DNA of 64,000 bases. Source: Isurus oxyrinchus (taxonomy: Eukaryota). The position numbers and the translations under genes were made by a program. The stretch is taken from positions 129,146,001-129,210,000 of the forward strand of contig JANJGN010000008.1 in the NCBI GenBank assembly GCA_026770705.1, read 5' to 3'. Positions 49,566-62,994 of the stretch are shown piece by piece (the first letter of the stretch is position 1; the number at the start of each line of letters is the position of its first letter). Below the pieces are notes generated by a model. That model worked only from the letters and a program-made list of their open reading frames with translations. It made no database searches and was not told where the DNA came from.

Positions 49566-50533
49566 TAAAATTCCATAGTCACTAGTCTCTGAGTGAAGAA
49601 ATTTCTTAGTGCGTTCAAACGTATCCAGCGCGCTCAAAACTATCCAGCATGCTCCAAGCTATCAAATACGCTCAGCAATCTGCATTGAAAAATTGCAAGT
49701 AATTTGTTACTTAAATAATATAATACAATAAATCCTGCCTTACATTTCAGACACCTAGACACAAATTTTTCTCACAGGCTTCAGAATCCTGACATCAGTA
49801 GGGATCAGAAGCCTGCATTGTGGGGAAAAGAGTCTGTGATTTTCCCTGAATCTTTAAAACGCATTTAATCTCTTGGTCCAAGCTTTTGGTCATATGGCCT
49901 AATACTGCCTTATGTTAGCTCAGCCAACTGAAAAGCTTGCCTTTTGAAAGTTTGGGAGGGCAAAAGAAAATTTCTTGGTGTGGGGTGGTGGGGGAGAAAA
50001 TTTCTCTGTGGAGTGGGGAGAGGGGTTGATGGGCAGACAACTATTGCAATTCGGTGGGGGGGGGGGTGTAGGAGGGGGAAGAGTGTGTGGCGGGGAGCAG
50101 TGTTGTGCTGCACGATTTATAGGTAATGAAGGAAAACCTTAAAGTACCTCATCAAAATAGGATCTGCTTTTTCTAAAGTTAGCTCAGCTTTATGATGTTC
50201 AAAATTCAGAAATATGAAAATAAACTCAATGATCATTTTTGTTGTATGAATGCTTAAGTGATGTTGCTAATCGCAAATGTTTGAGCACTGTGGTTTGGGG
50301 CAATTGATGGCATTGATGTCAGTTATCATTCTTGTAATGTTAAATGATAGCTAAATGATTGGTTTTGAGTGCATTTTGAGTGCAATTGATGTCAAATGAT
50401 AAGTAAAAGATTGCTTTTGAGTGCACTTATGATGTTGGTATCACTAGCAAAGCTGCATTAGTCCAAAAATGAACACTGTTAAATGCAAATGATGTCAAAC
50501 TTTTCATGTGGGGGAATTTACCATGTGAAACAT

Positions 50534-51110
50534 TCATTCAGCTGGGCCATTAGATCTAGGGTAATGAAGAGGAGAAGTAGTGTGATAAATATTCATCTTC
50601 TCACACAAATCGTGAAATGGCTTACCAATAAATTGCAGAGCACTCTCTGTAATGATCTCCCTAGGCACACCAAAGAAACTGAGAGTGTGCACGACAGTTG
50701 TGCTTGACATATTGGGCAATTGTGGAATAATGGGGTAGCTGGTAAAGTTGTCGATGATGATGATGAAGTCAGTGTCATGGACATGAAAGAGGTTGGATGT
50801 GGTATTGGACCAAGGATGTAGGAAATTCATGTGGAATCAATAGTGCTTTTTGCTGTCTTGGCATATACATGCTTGGACTTCTTGACAACTTCAATGTCAC
50901 TGTTCATACCCAGTCAATCAACTGTCTCTATTGAGAGTCTTCTCATCTGATCTATGTCCATGTGTGAGTGATGAAGTTGTTGAAGAATATCAGGTTGCAA
51001 GGGTTTCAGTATAATGACCTGCCTGCCTTGAAAAATGATTCCCCGGGAGATGCTTAGCTCGTCTCAGTAAGGCCAAACTGATCCCATGTGCTTATGTACA
51101 TCTTGACAAT
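50534..51110 (-). mobile_element. Gypsy-type LTR retrotransposon integrase remnant
   Basis: FIIIIDNFTSYP...FGVPREIITES..QF...HTTSPLHYPRSNGPAE; upstream LHHSHM zinc-binding remnant. Confidence 0.85.
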
Positions 51111-51389
51111 ATCCCTTTGACCCTCCTTCTCCTTTGGTACCTGGCATGAGTGTCACTGTAGACACTTTTGTGTGTTTTTCGAAAGGTGTGCCCATTATAA
51201 TCGTGTCCTTCTCTGGTTCTATTTTTATAATGGTTTGTTCTTTGTTTTTTGTTTGAATCTCTCTTGCTTGCTATCAATCCAGTCCTCACTGTGATCACTC
51301 ACCTTTCCATTGCTGTTCCATTTCGACATGCTGTTCCACTCACTGAACTGACAGGCTATGCACTGCAATCTCACCATAAGGGATACACC

Positions 51390-51757
51390 TACAGACAGAA
51401 AGAACATGTACACACACTGCACTTGTTTCAGCTAAACAAAATAAGTGGCAGCCATTTGCTGGTTTGTTCCCCAGGGCAATGTCTTGACCAATCTGAGTCA
51501 AGCTGCCTGTTTTCAATTTCAAACAATGCTAGGCAGTTAACGGTCAGTTCATCAACTGGTGCAATATCAATGGCAACATCTCTATCAGAGTCCACCTGCC
51601 AACCAACCAGCACTCTCTTCTCATACAGTATAAATATACTGTTTCCCCCGACATTGGTATTTTCTTGCGAATTGTCCTGATGAGTTTAAGACAAAAAGTT
51701 TTGACAAAAATGTCTCCTTTTTAAGCAATAATAAAGATCTGTACTATCAAATGACTA
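51390..51757 (+). mobile_element. 5'-truncated PLE family B 3' end (ORF tail, promoter, hammerhead, long tail)
   Basis: RQKEHVHTLHLF resembles a PLE ORF C-terminus; the remainder aligns with 27776-28094 and 55984-56244. Confidence 0.75.
51672..51707 (+). ncRNA. Hammerhead motif, family B (G12 mutated)
   Basis: ttgtc-CTGATGA-gtttaagac-aAAA-agtt-tt-gacaa; perfect 5-bp helix I. Confidence 0.6.
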
Positions 51758-53052
51758 TAGTGACATCATTGAGAAACACTCCTGGCAGAAGCTATGTTTT
51801 GAACTTCCTCTTTTTTTGAAAGAATGTACTATTCATGCTCTCCTCCACCTCTTCTTAGTTCTAGGTCACATTCTTCCTGCAAGCAGAGCCTAGCCTTCTG
51901 TCAATAGAAGTACCGAAGTTTGAACATGTGGAGACTCTCCCCTCCTCAATTTTCATTGATTGATGACTCTTTCTTCCCATCCCCTCAACCCACTCACTCA
52001 CAAACACAGAATGGATAGGTCCTGAGGGTCTTGGCCTTTGTGCATGCTCATCTCTCATCAGCATAGCTAAAACAGGGATTTCTAACAAGGGAGTTTCAAA
52101 ATAATTCTGCTGTTAGGTATACCCATCAACCTATGCTGTCCTACTGGGTTATTTTACAAGAAATGGCTTATTATGAAATTTGAGTATGTTTTGGAACTGG
52201 TCCACAGGACAAGAGCAGCAATATTTTCACAACACCATCACCTCCAAGTCACACACCATATAGCCATGGACAAAAATCTTCACTCCCTTAGCATTGCAAA
52301 GGGAGTACACATTGGGATTCCCTTCTGATCTTCTGAGCATTCCATCATGATAACCGCCTCCAAGGGCAGCTGAGGATAAGCAATAAATGCAGCTTTGCTA
52401 GAGACACCAACATCGTAAGTGGAATTTAAAAAAAAATCTCTGGCTTTGTTTAATTGGTTTTATTTGACCAATTATTCCATAAAAGGCTGCTCAAATACAA
52501 GTGGCTTTCAGCATGGCTTTGAACAATAATCCCGCTTGTAAGCTTTTCAACAATTACAGTGAAAATTTAAATCATTAACTTTCAATGTGAATTTATTCAT
52601 GCTTCACCTATTTTTCAATTCAATGTGACTAACCAATTACATGTTCTCTTCTGTTGATCAAACCTCCTCCCCACACCGGCCTCGTGCTGACATCCCCTTT
52701 TCATGACCTTCTTTAGTTTTCACTGATTGTTCTATTTCTCACGCTATGTCCCTGAGTTGTCCCAGATTACAGACCTATCAGCATACACCACCTTATGACT
52801 GCACATTGACAATATTCATGTGAGGTAGTGCTTAGTCATCCATTGATAATGTTCTGTGGATAATTTTAACTGCAGTGGAAATGTGGCAAGTATAACATGG
52901 GTGCATTCAGGTATTGGTCATATGATTTGTACAGTAACCTAACTGCTTACTGTAATCAAATAGTCTGACAGTTCTCTGAAGAAAATAAAGGTGACAGACA
53001 AAAGTGGCGTGAATTTATATGCTTTCCACTTGGCAAGAAGGATAAACTCAGT

Positions 53053-53755
53053 AGCCAGGATTTTTCCTATGGTGGGCGGGCTGGGCAGGCTGGGTGGGAG
53101 TGGGCAGGGGCGGGCACGGAGCCAATCACTGCCCGTGATTGGCTGCGAGCTGCCATTTTACGCAGGCGGTCTAATTAAGGCCCGCCCAGTGTAATACAAG
53201 GCCGGCAGTGCTCAGCACTACCTGTGCGGGCGGGGGGAAGAGGGAGAGTTGGGGCCAGCGCTCTTTTGCGCATGCGCACGAAAGAGTGCAGCAATCTGCC
53301 TGAGGCACGGAGCTGCCATGGAGATTGAATAGATATTAAAAGGATTCAATAAATGATTTAAAAATTTATTTAAACATGTCCCCTCATGTGATTGTGTCAC
53401 TTGAGTTGGGACATGTTTTTAAATTTATGAAAATTTATTTAATAGAAGCTTCAGGAAAGTTCATCCCGCTCGTGGATGAGGTTTCCTGAGAAACGCAAAG
53501 GCTGCTTGGTCTTTTTGCCTGCCCACAAACCTTAAGTTTGGGTGGGCAGCATTCTTAAGTGCTTTAATTAATTTCTTAATAGCCCTATAAGGCCGTTTAC
53601 ATTTCGGTGGGCGTGCAGCCGACTCTGGCACGAGCCCGCTGAACAAAATATCACGATGGCGCGCGATGACATCGGGGCGCACACCCAACATCACCGCGCG
53701 TCCTTTTATGTGTTGGCGTGTCAGGCCCGCCCCCACAGGCCGGAAAATTCTGCCC
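53053..53755. mobile_element. Harbinger-type MITE
   Basis: TIRs agccaggatttttcc / ggaaaattctgccc, agt/agt flanks, CpG-rich subterminal arms. Confidence 0.75.
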
Positions 53756-53934
53756 AGTATATAGTTTGTCACAACAGAGAACAAAATACTAAAGAATCAC
53801 TAGTCAATAGCAATATGACAGTCTTATTTATTATTGCTTTTGAAGCCAATTCAATAATTGCCTGACAAATTTGCTCATGTGAATTCAATGTGTTTGTTTG
53901 AAAAGTTCTATTTTGAGGGCAGTACTACATTTTT

Positions 53935-54450
53935 CTGCACTTCAAGAAGGATGTGAAGGTCTTTAAGAGAGTGCAGAGATGATTTACGAGAATGATTCCA
54001 GGGATGAGGGAATTTAGCTGTAAGGTTAGGTTGGAGAAGCTGGGCTTATTCTCCTTGGAGCATAAGGGGAGATTTGATAGAAATGTACAAGATTATGGCA
54101 GGTTTGGATAAGGTAGATAAAGAAAAGCAGTTCCCATTAGCTGATGGTACAAGGAATAGGGGACACAGATTTTAGGTTTTGGGCAAGAATTTCAGGGGAA
54201 TGTGAGGAAGATCTTTTTTACGCAGAGAGTTTTAATGATCTGGAACTTGCTGCCTCCTAGGGTGGTGGCAGTGGAGGCAATGAATCACTTCAAAAGGAAA
54301 TCAGATAATCACATGAGGGAAATAAATTTGCTGGGCTACGGGTAGAGAGCAGGAAAATAAAACTGACTGAATTGCTCTGCAGGGAGTTAACATGGACTTG
54401 ATGGGTCGCATAGCCTCCTTCTGTGCCATAAGGACTCCATGACTCTATGA
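53935..54450 (+). mobile_element. CR1 LINE 3' fragment
   Basis: gagagtgcagagatgatttacgagaatgattccaggg...; 3' repeat gactccatgactctatga. Confidence 0.85.
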
Positions 54451-56026
54451 TATATAAAGCTTGAATCAGGGATGAAAATGAGTCAAGGTGGCACTCGGCA
54501 GAGTATTTGAGAAAGGATTGCAGGCAAGAATTAAAGGTTCAAACTTAATGCTCAGAATGTGTACATTGTGAATTAAACAATGCTGCTATATCTAATCACC
54601 ACACCTAGAGTGATCCTGTAAATAGGTGGTGCATAATGGCCCAATGTCATTTATCATGCTTTGCTATATGTTCTTACTAAACTCAATGTGATCTCAAACA
54701 ACACTTACCCTGGGCTTTAAACTGTACACTGTACATATCATTCAAGAGAATATTGAACATGTCGTAAGGTCACAGTGACAATGACAATGTACACCTTTCT
54801 GAATAAGGTCTTGTTAATTACACCAATGTCTGAAATACCTTAATGGTTTGTTCCCTTTCACCATTCTGTAGAATTAAACAAATTGTTTAATGACCTCCTG
54901 ATGATCATTTGGGAGATGGTGTCCTGAAGAAATAAAAGCAAAATGTATCTCCTTTCTCCATTATGTCAACTATTGGAATAAAACTGATGTGCTGGTTGCT
55001 CATGCCTGTCTGTCCATTGTATTACAGTTGTAATTTTCTGTCTAGCTGAGCAGAACATGGGACAGATTGTAGTTGGCTTTCTCTTTTTATTAATTTTACG
55101 GTTTGACGGGTGAATGTTGCATTAAAAATGAATCGGCAGCACCGAGAATTAATCTGCACAATCTGCTTATTTAATAGAAAAATGTGCCATATAATTTTTG
55201 TGCTGCATCTAAAAATGTTAAATATGAAAAGAGTGATTAACATTTTGGTGTCCACCAGCCGCAGTGAATCTATCAGAAACATACAATAGCTTCACACCTA
55301 ATGGAGAGGTGCTGAATTTCATCACTTTTCATGTGGCAGGACATTTATATTTGTATTTTCTACACTATTTATGTTTACTCATTATTTAAGTATGTCAGCA
55401 AGTTAAATTGGTTTTCCTTCAGTGTGATTATAAATTTGTTTTGGCAGGTAACACTCACTGGAGGACAACTGCAAGGCTTCCAGAAATAATGATTTACAGC
55501 TGGGCATGAAGAGATGCATAAGTAGGGATGGACATGCTGATTTTCCCTCCTTTACTGTGGCAGTTGTTTTTATTTCTCTGACAATAGTTTTATTAAGCTG
55601 AAAACATGGCCAAATGCTGAATGCATAAAGAGCAGCCAAATTGGCAAGGACTGAGATGTCAAGATCGCTCTGAAAATTTGTGACTCAGAGCGTTCATTTA
55701 ATCTGCTTAGTGCAAAATATTTTACTGAATGAAATGATATGATCAGAGGTGGAATGGGAGGCAAGCCACTGTGATGGACTTCAAGTAGTTTAATTGTGAT
55801 TGGAGCTGCGTTGATGTAACAGACAGTCTAGTGGGGGTGCTGAGAGATCATTGTTGTAGTTATTGCTATCTAAAATATATGGATATGACTCAGGACAGAC
55901 CCAAAACTAAGTTTACCAATCACAACAAAGTGGTTTTCAGTGAGGAACAAACAAATCAAATATGAAACTATCTGGATAAATTGTCATGTGGTAGTACAGA
56001 ATTTGAGTATTGCTGAAAAGAGAGAC

Positions 56027-56062
56027 ATGGCAAACCTTTTCATCTTGCACTCATCAGGATAC
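56027..56062 (-). ncRNA. Hammerhead motif, family B
   Basis: gtatc-CTGATGA-gtgcaagat-GAAA-aggt-tt-gccat. Confidence 0.6.
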
Positions 56063-56362
56063 CTCGCAAAATTAACAATATAAGGGGAGAACAACAATTT
56101 GTACTGTGTGAGAAGACATTGCTTATTGGTTAGCAAGTGTACTCTCATTGGTAGAGGCTTTGCTATGGAGAATGCACCAGTGATGGTGATTGACAGTTAA
56201 CTGCCAAGCATTGTTTGAAATTTAAACCAGGCAGCTTGACCCTGGTGCATTCTCCATGGCAACACCTTTACCAGTCAGAGTACACTTGCCAACCAATCAT
56301 CAGCACTCTCTTCACATACAGTATAAATTGTCTTCTTCCCCCTTTATTGATATTGTTGCGAA

Positions 56363-56398
56363 GTATCCTGAAGAGTGCAAGATGAAAAGCTTTGACAT
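56363..56398 (+). ncRNA. Hammerhead motif, family B
   Basis: gtatc-CTGAAGA-gtgcaagat-GAAA-agct-tt-gacat. Confidence 0.7.
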
Positions 56399-56589
56399 GT
56401 CTCTTTTTCCAACAATAAATTGGAACAGTGGCAAAAGGCACATAACATGGGCAAATGCATAATAGTAAGATGATTGAAAAGAAATAAATAATGGGAATCT
56501 AAACAAAAAGCCTCTCACCCAACCATAGAAACCAATATGCAGAGGGAGCTGTGTCTTTGTGGATAATTCATTGAAATCAATTAGCGTAA

Positions 56590-56900
56590 TATGTGGAAGC
56601 AGTGAAGAAAACAATAGTGGGGTCTAAAGCCAGAGGAATAGGGTGCCAAACTCAGAAGACGATTTGCACAAGGCACCAGACTGATCAAACCTGGAGCAGC
56701 ATGTGCAATTCTGGCCATCATGCTAGGTAAAGGATAACCAGCAATTGGAGGTAGTACAGAAAGAGGGAACCAAGCTGACAACTCATTAAAAACCTGTGAG
56801 CCAAGAAGAGAGGTTGAAGAGTTTGCAATTGTGCACAGCAGAGAAGATGAGGCTCAGGGAATGTATTATCTAGGTTTTTAGGATGGTTAATCATGTAGCA
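56590..56900 (+). mobile_element. Highly decayed CR1 3' remnant
   Basis: ctggagcagcatgtgcaattctggccatca...gagaagatgaggctcaggg. Confidence 0.55.
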
Positions 56901-57637
56901 GCTATTAATTATCAGACCAGCCAGATGGACAGCTGTGCCTCTGCAATCTTGGACTTTCTGCTGTAAATGTATTGTATCTTTGTATGAAAGGGGAGGTTTG
57001 CTTGACAGGTGGTTATGACAGCAGGAATGACAGAAATTTAATATTGGGGAGTGGTATGTACTGTTTTGTTTAATAGGCTTGTTGGGATGTGGTTGACATT
57101 ATTGTCACTCACTTCCACTGTGAGCGTAAGTTTGATTTGATAATTTGTACCTATATATTTTACATGGAAATAAGTGAAGAGGAAGTATCATAGTGTATTA
57201 GTTTCTGTATTTGCCACAGCCAACTAACTCTCACCACCACCTTCTCAAGGGCAATAAATGCTGGCCTTGCCAGCAAAGCTCACATCTCATGCACAAATTT
57301 AAAAAGAAAAGGTTTCATTCCCTAGCATTGATCTCCTTCAGCTTCTTAAGTTCTCTGCCCAAAAGCAGGTCCTTGAAAATTATTCACAGATCCACAGTGA
57401 AGTGCTGTGATTTCTGTTAAGCAGGTAGGACAAGGAGGCAGATCCTGAATCTATCTCTGGAATGGCGATCTGATCTTGCGCTGTTGGCATTAATCTGATC
57501 CACACGCCAACTGAGCTGGGCCCCCATCCTTAAATATCAAATGCATCCTTAGTGTATTTTTTAAATGTAATAATTTTGGCATTGAATCCCAATCCCAAGG
57601 TATTTTTATATTGGGCAGTTTGGAAAATCAGGTTATA

Positions 57638-60600
57638 GAGCGGAGTTTTCCCAACCTTCCCTTGGCGGGTTTCTAGGTGGGCGAGAGCAGAGAATCCAAC
57701 GGGAGCCAGAAAGTCAGAACCCCTTCAGCAACTCATTAGCATTCATTAACATCCCATCTCAATAAAACAGCTGCTCGCGGGAACTCCTCACGCTTTCCAA
57801 TCTTACATCACGCCAGCGGGAAATTACACTGGCCTCAAACCTGTTTGAAAATGAGTGACGTGCACAAATCAGGACTTACCTTTCGGGCCTTACTCAGCTT
57901 GCAGACATCTGACGAGAAGTAGATATGGAGGCCTACAGCTACCAGATACTGGAGGACACGTGCATCACATGTGGGGCCTCGTCCACATGGCTACTCCACG
58001 AAGCAGCTTTCAGAAGGTGGGAAGACTCCACGCTGCAGCTTTGACTTCACTGAGGTTTTGACTTTCAGGGACTTTGCTGAGGCTTCAACCCATCTTCCAG
58101 GGACTTTGGCATGGAGGCTGTGTGCCTTGAGCTGCGGGATGGAAGGCAGCAGGAGGTGGTACAGATGGGCGGTGAATGTCGAGGCTGGGTGGAGTGCCTA
58201 GGTCTGAAGGGTGGGGGTGGCGGATGCCCAGGTGAACATGCTCACAGGGAGGGGTCAGTGGAGTCCATTTCTGCCTCCTGAAGTACAAATTCAGGGTGGG
58301 CATGATCGAGGGGATGGTTAAGTTTACAGGGGCCAGAGGCAGCTGGTAGGGTGGTAGGTTGAGGATTCGACAGTATTAGGTGAAGGGGGCAGCAAAGTTT
58401 GCTAGTTGGAACATGGACATGGTAGTGGGAATGAGGAGCTCAGGGAGATCAATGTGAATGGGCTTTGGATCCTCTGGAAGGAAGGGATCGTGTGCATTCA
58501 CCTGATCATTCTGGAAGGAGAAAGGGTTCAGGCTGGAGGATGATACTGAGGAGGTCAAAGGTGATGCCAAGAGGTCAGTGGTGATGAAGGAAAGAACATG
58601 GATGACTAAGGGAGGTGAAATAGTGGGGGAGCTCATGAAGAAAGTCACCATAACCATTGTTCTCAAATTGAAAGTTCTCAAATTGACCAAGGTGCTGCAT
58701 GAGAGTTGGGTCCATTCATGGGTACAGATGCAGGTCATCTCAGCTGGACAACAGATTAGGAAACCACAGCAAGCATTATTGAATATGCTGGGAACCAGTG
58801 AGATGAGATTGATGGATGAAGGCTCCACGTGCATGGGAGAGTGCTTGCATGAGGCTCTGAAAGGCACTGCCACAGACCCTACTCCCTGAAGATTTAGTCG
58901 TGGGCTGGCTGCATGCCAGAAAACTGCTTGGGGATGGAGGGCCTCATGAAGACTTTAGAAAGAAAACAGTAGACAATATAGATTGAAAGTGAATACATTT
59001 GCAGGCATTCAATTAGTGACCCTTGCAACAAGCTGTGATCAATTTTTTTTTGATTTTTCTTAGCCTTCCACTTCTTTTGGGTGCTGCCCTGACATCCTCA
59101 GCAGGGGTCCAGGCAGTCTGCAGAGTTATTTGCCCTCTTGCCTTTGATGACTTCATTGGTCATCCTTTTTGAGGGCTTCAAACACTGCTGCATGATGGTC
59201 TCTCTCCTCTTGTTGACTATTTACCATGAGTTGGAAGGCTGCTTCCAGAGGCTGAGTGTGAGCGGGCAGCCCTCTGAGTGCCGGAGACCAGGTTTGTCCC
59301 TGCCTCCGACTGCTACGGGGATGTCTCAGTGAAGCATTCTCCAGGAAGTGAGCCAGACCCTCATCTAGAGGTGTGCCCCACTGAGGTGCATGTCTATGCA
59401 CTGCTGGAGGGTGTGGGTAAGCACTGCGATGGTTCTTCATCATCTCCGTCTTCGAATGTGGCCTGGAGGTTGGGAGTTCTGGTGGTGTATCTTGTGGACC
59501 TCGATCTGCAAATGCCGAGAGGGTAGAGAATAGAGTTTCAGTTGATGAGCATGAGGAATATAAGACTATATCACTCACTGTGATTGTCAGGATGCAATGA
59601 ACTCATGGAGGTGTGATCCATACTCGGTTGCCAAGACAATCTGATCTCCCCTTACCCACAGTAGATCCCTGTCCTCCCCAGCGACCCGGGTGCAGCCTCC
59701 TCTACCTCTGTGAGGTCAGCGATGTCGGCCGGGTCTTCGACCCCAACAGCTGATGGCGGGGTGGATGAGTCAACTCCTGACCCACCAGGACATTTGGCTC
59801 GATACTTGCCTGTGCATAATGAATAACCTTCCAAGCACGGAATCAGGCATGAGTTCTCGCCATTCCGAGCAGCGGAGTGGGATCCCCTGAAAACCACCTG
59901 CCACTGCGCTTAGGCTGGAATTTTCCAGTCTCACTGGTGTTGGATGTCATGGCGGGCGGGGAGGGACAATATGGCGAGAAGGCCAAAAATTGGTTTCACA
60001 CCAGCGACGGTGTCCACCATGTTGGAATGCCAATCCTGCTGGAGGCCGGCGTGAACACGATTTACATCCCACTAATAGGATGCAAAGTAAGGCCCGACCA
60101 GAATCATCCCCCCCATGCCAGATTTTTTGTCACACTGGTGAGAAAAGATGCCGGTCCAGAAGATGTCTGGATAAGTGTGAGACATGCAGGAGTCAGGACT
60201 TAGTGTTAGGGCCTTGCTCAGATTGTGGATAACTGGGAAGAAGAAGAAGATGCTGGAGCCCTACAGCTACCAGGCCCAGCAGGAACATGTGCATCGTATG
60301 CTGGGTGGATTCTCATGGACACGGCTCCACCGCGAAGCAGCTCTCGAAAGGCGGGAGGTCTCCATTGAAGTCTCGGGTCTGCTTCGGAACATCATGGTCT
60401 TGGCCGTGGGCTGCTACTGTTGATTGGTGAGGCTGGGGACAGGAAGGTCCAGCTGTGAGTGGGACAGGAAGGTGTACTGGGGGAGGGGAAGTTGGGAGGG
60501 AGGGAATGAAGGTGTCAGGGGTCGTTGAGGTTGGGAAGTGGGAGGAGAGATTAGGAGGGGAGGAGGGTGTAATGTGGGAGAATGCGGCAAGGGGGAAGGA

Positions 60601-62570
60601 AGGTGTAAGGGAAGGAGTTCAGAGGTGGAGGGGAAGGGGTTTGGAGGGAGGAAGGAGTCCAGGGGGAGGAAGAAGTCCAGGAGGAGGAAGGAGTCTGGAG
60701 GAGGAAGGGTGGAGGAGGGAGTCAGGGTGAAAGAAGGAGTAAGGGTGGAGGGGGGACTAAGGGGGGGATGTCCACATGCACGTGCAAGGGAGGGATCTGT
60801 GGAGTCAATGATTGTCTCCTAGGGAGCGAACTGAGGGTGGGCATGGCAGGAGGGAATGGTGAGTATGACAGGGCACAGGGTGAGTCGGAAGTGTGGTAGG
60901 GTGAGAGTGTGACGGTAGCTGTAGAAGGGATGGCAAGGGTGGTTCCGTGTGCATGGGAGAGTGCTTGCATGAGGCTCCGAAAGGCTGACACACGCACACT
61001 TCTCCCTCCAGAATCACTTGTGGTGTGACTGCGTGCAGCTGAAGTGCTAGTGGGGTTGAGGAAGGGGGTAATGCATTAGCATTAGAGGGGGATGCAGTGG
61101 GAGGACTCACGAAGCCTGTCAATGATGCTGAAAGACAACATAACACATTATTCAATAAATTTGAATATATTTTCAGATTATAAAGTGACAAAATGTGTTC
61201 ACCCGTGTAACTATTTGTGATCAGAATTTCTTAACTTTGAGGCCTACCACTTCTTCTAGGTGCTACCCTGACATTTGCAGCAGGGGTGGAGAGAGTCAGA
61301 TTGTGAACCTGACCCAGCTCTAGATCTAGATTGCACTAAGGTGTGTGTCTCTGCGCTGGCGGAGGGTGTGGGTAAGCGTTGTGCGAGAGTCTTCCAGGCT
61401 GCTTATTTCCAGCTCCTCAATGGAGGAGGTGACCTCTTCGCTGGAGGTGAGGACATGGAAGGAGCTGAGGGACTGGCTGGCTGAGAGTGTCAGTCACTTG
61501 GCAGAGCTCCCTGTGATCCAAAGTGAGATAATTAGTACATAGCAGCACAGACCAAAACAGGAGAGAGAGCACTCACAGTTGCATTGAGGGAGGGATGATG
61601 TGGTGCAGGATCCTCACGAGGGTGTTCGCCATCAACCTCACCATTGCTATAGGCATGGTCCATATCCTTACCTGACAATGCGATAGCATGCTCCTCAGAA
61701 TGAGTGAAGGGTTTAATGTGGGCCACTCCAGCACCTCCTCACCCCAGTCTGGGACATCTCCCTGCTGATGTGAGCAGGCATCTCCTGCAGGAAAACAGGA
61801 GAGAGTGTGAGCTGGACACATGACAATGCGTGGAATGTTTGTGTGATGAGCGGAGCCATGGACGGGATGACGACTCAAGCTCCAGAGGATATGAGCCTGA
61901 GGGAGATGTGAGGGTGTGTGTGAGAGTTATTGGTGTTGTCCCTTGAAGCATGAGATCTCTGTGGATGTGTGATGGGTTTGTGAGTGTGTTAGTTGAGAGC
62001 GATGCATGGTTGACTTACCCTGGTGGGACGGATGACAGCATTCACCTTCTTCCTGCAGTGGATGGCTGTCCTCCTCCAGTGGTGCTGAGTGCTGCTACGA
62101 CCACCTCCCAGGCTGGATTGGTGAAACTGGTGGACCTCCTGTGGCTGCAGCAGGCGTAGGAGACATCACAACAGCCTACCACTGTGTCCAACAGGCACAC
62201 CAGAGAGGCATCACTAAATGTGGGGGCTGCTGTCTTATTTATTTTCGGGGCCATCTGTTGCCTGGAGGAATCCTGGTCTGAAGGTATGAAATAGGCTGTG
62301 CTCGTGTGCGCCTTAAATATGGCCCCTGGAGCGAGGAAGCGCTGAGGTCATGGCAGGGCAGGCAAATCCAAGCCCGCCCAGCTGCGACCTGGTGTGTTTC
62401 CTGTGAATGCATTATTAATGAGGTAGGACATGCAAGGAATGGGACGATATGGCGTGAAAAGCCACCATTGCAGCCAGCAGGTAAACTGTCCTTTTCCCTG
62501 CCCTCTACAGCACTTTGTGCAAATCTGGGCCGATTCCACCCTTAGTCTCATAAATGGGAAAATTCCGTCC
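57638..62570. mobile_element. Outer Harbinger-derived element
   Basis: TIRs gagcggagttttccca / tgggaaaattccgtcc (13/16), flanks ata/aca; decayed second-ORF-like sequence on the minus strand. Confidence 0.65.
59913..62541 (-). mobile_element. Inner Harbinger-derived element with Myb/SANT-like ORF remnant
   Basis: TTA/TTA flanks, termini ggctggaat / attccaccc; 62254 MAPKINKTAAPTFSDASLVCLLDTV...PAWEVVVAAL followed by a GTAAGT donor near 62018. Confidence 0.7.
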
Positions 62571-62994
62571 ACATAGTTTCTGGTGCAGCAGCACCCAACT
62601 ATCTGCACATGCAGGGCAGAATGACTTCAGATTCTTAGTACTGCCTCAGCATTTAATCCGTTGTACAATGGAGTAAAATAGACACTCTGGATTGTTCACG
62701 ATCACAACAGCCCTTTTCTACTCTTGTAAAGGGCCCTCTACTGACCTCTGAGCAGTGATACTGGAATTCTGCCTCACTTCAAACACTCAGCACATAATCA
62801 GCATTCTAACGTTCAGGATGCCTGATATTGGATTTTTCACTGAATAATGTGATGATTCACTGGGTTGGTTGATAACTTTATGTGGGAATGGCATTTTCAA
62901 CCTTCTTAATAGTTCAATAGGTGTTAACGCAAATTGGAATAAACACATAACATCAAGCATTTGTTACTGTTAAGTGGGGGGAGGTGTTTAATTT

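Larger units (their letters stand above)
55984..56414. mobile_element. Miniature inverted PLE insertion, family B
   Basis: Minus arm 55984-56244 with tail, plus arm 56245-56414 without; ataaattg repeated at 55976-55983 and 56415-56422. Confidence 0.85.

Noticed and set aside
60455-60830. Gly/Arg/Glu-rich ORFs
   Set aside because: Purine-rich low-complexity tract within a Harbinger-derived element.
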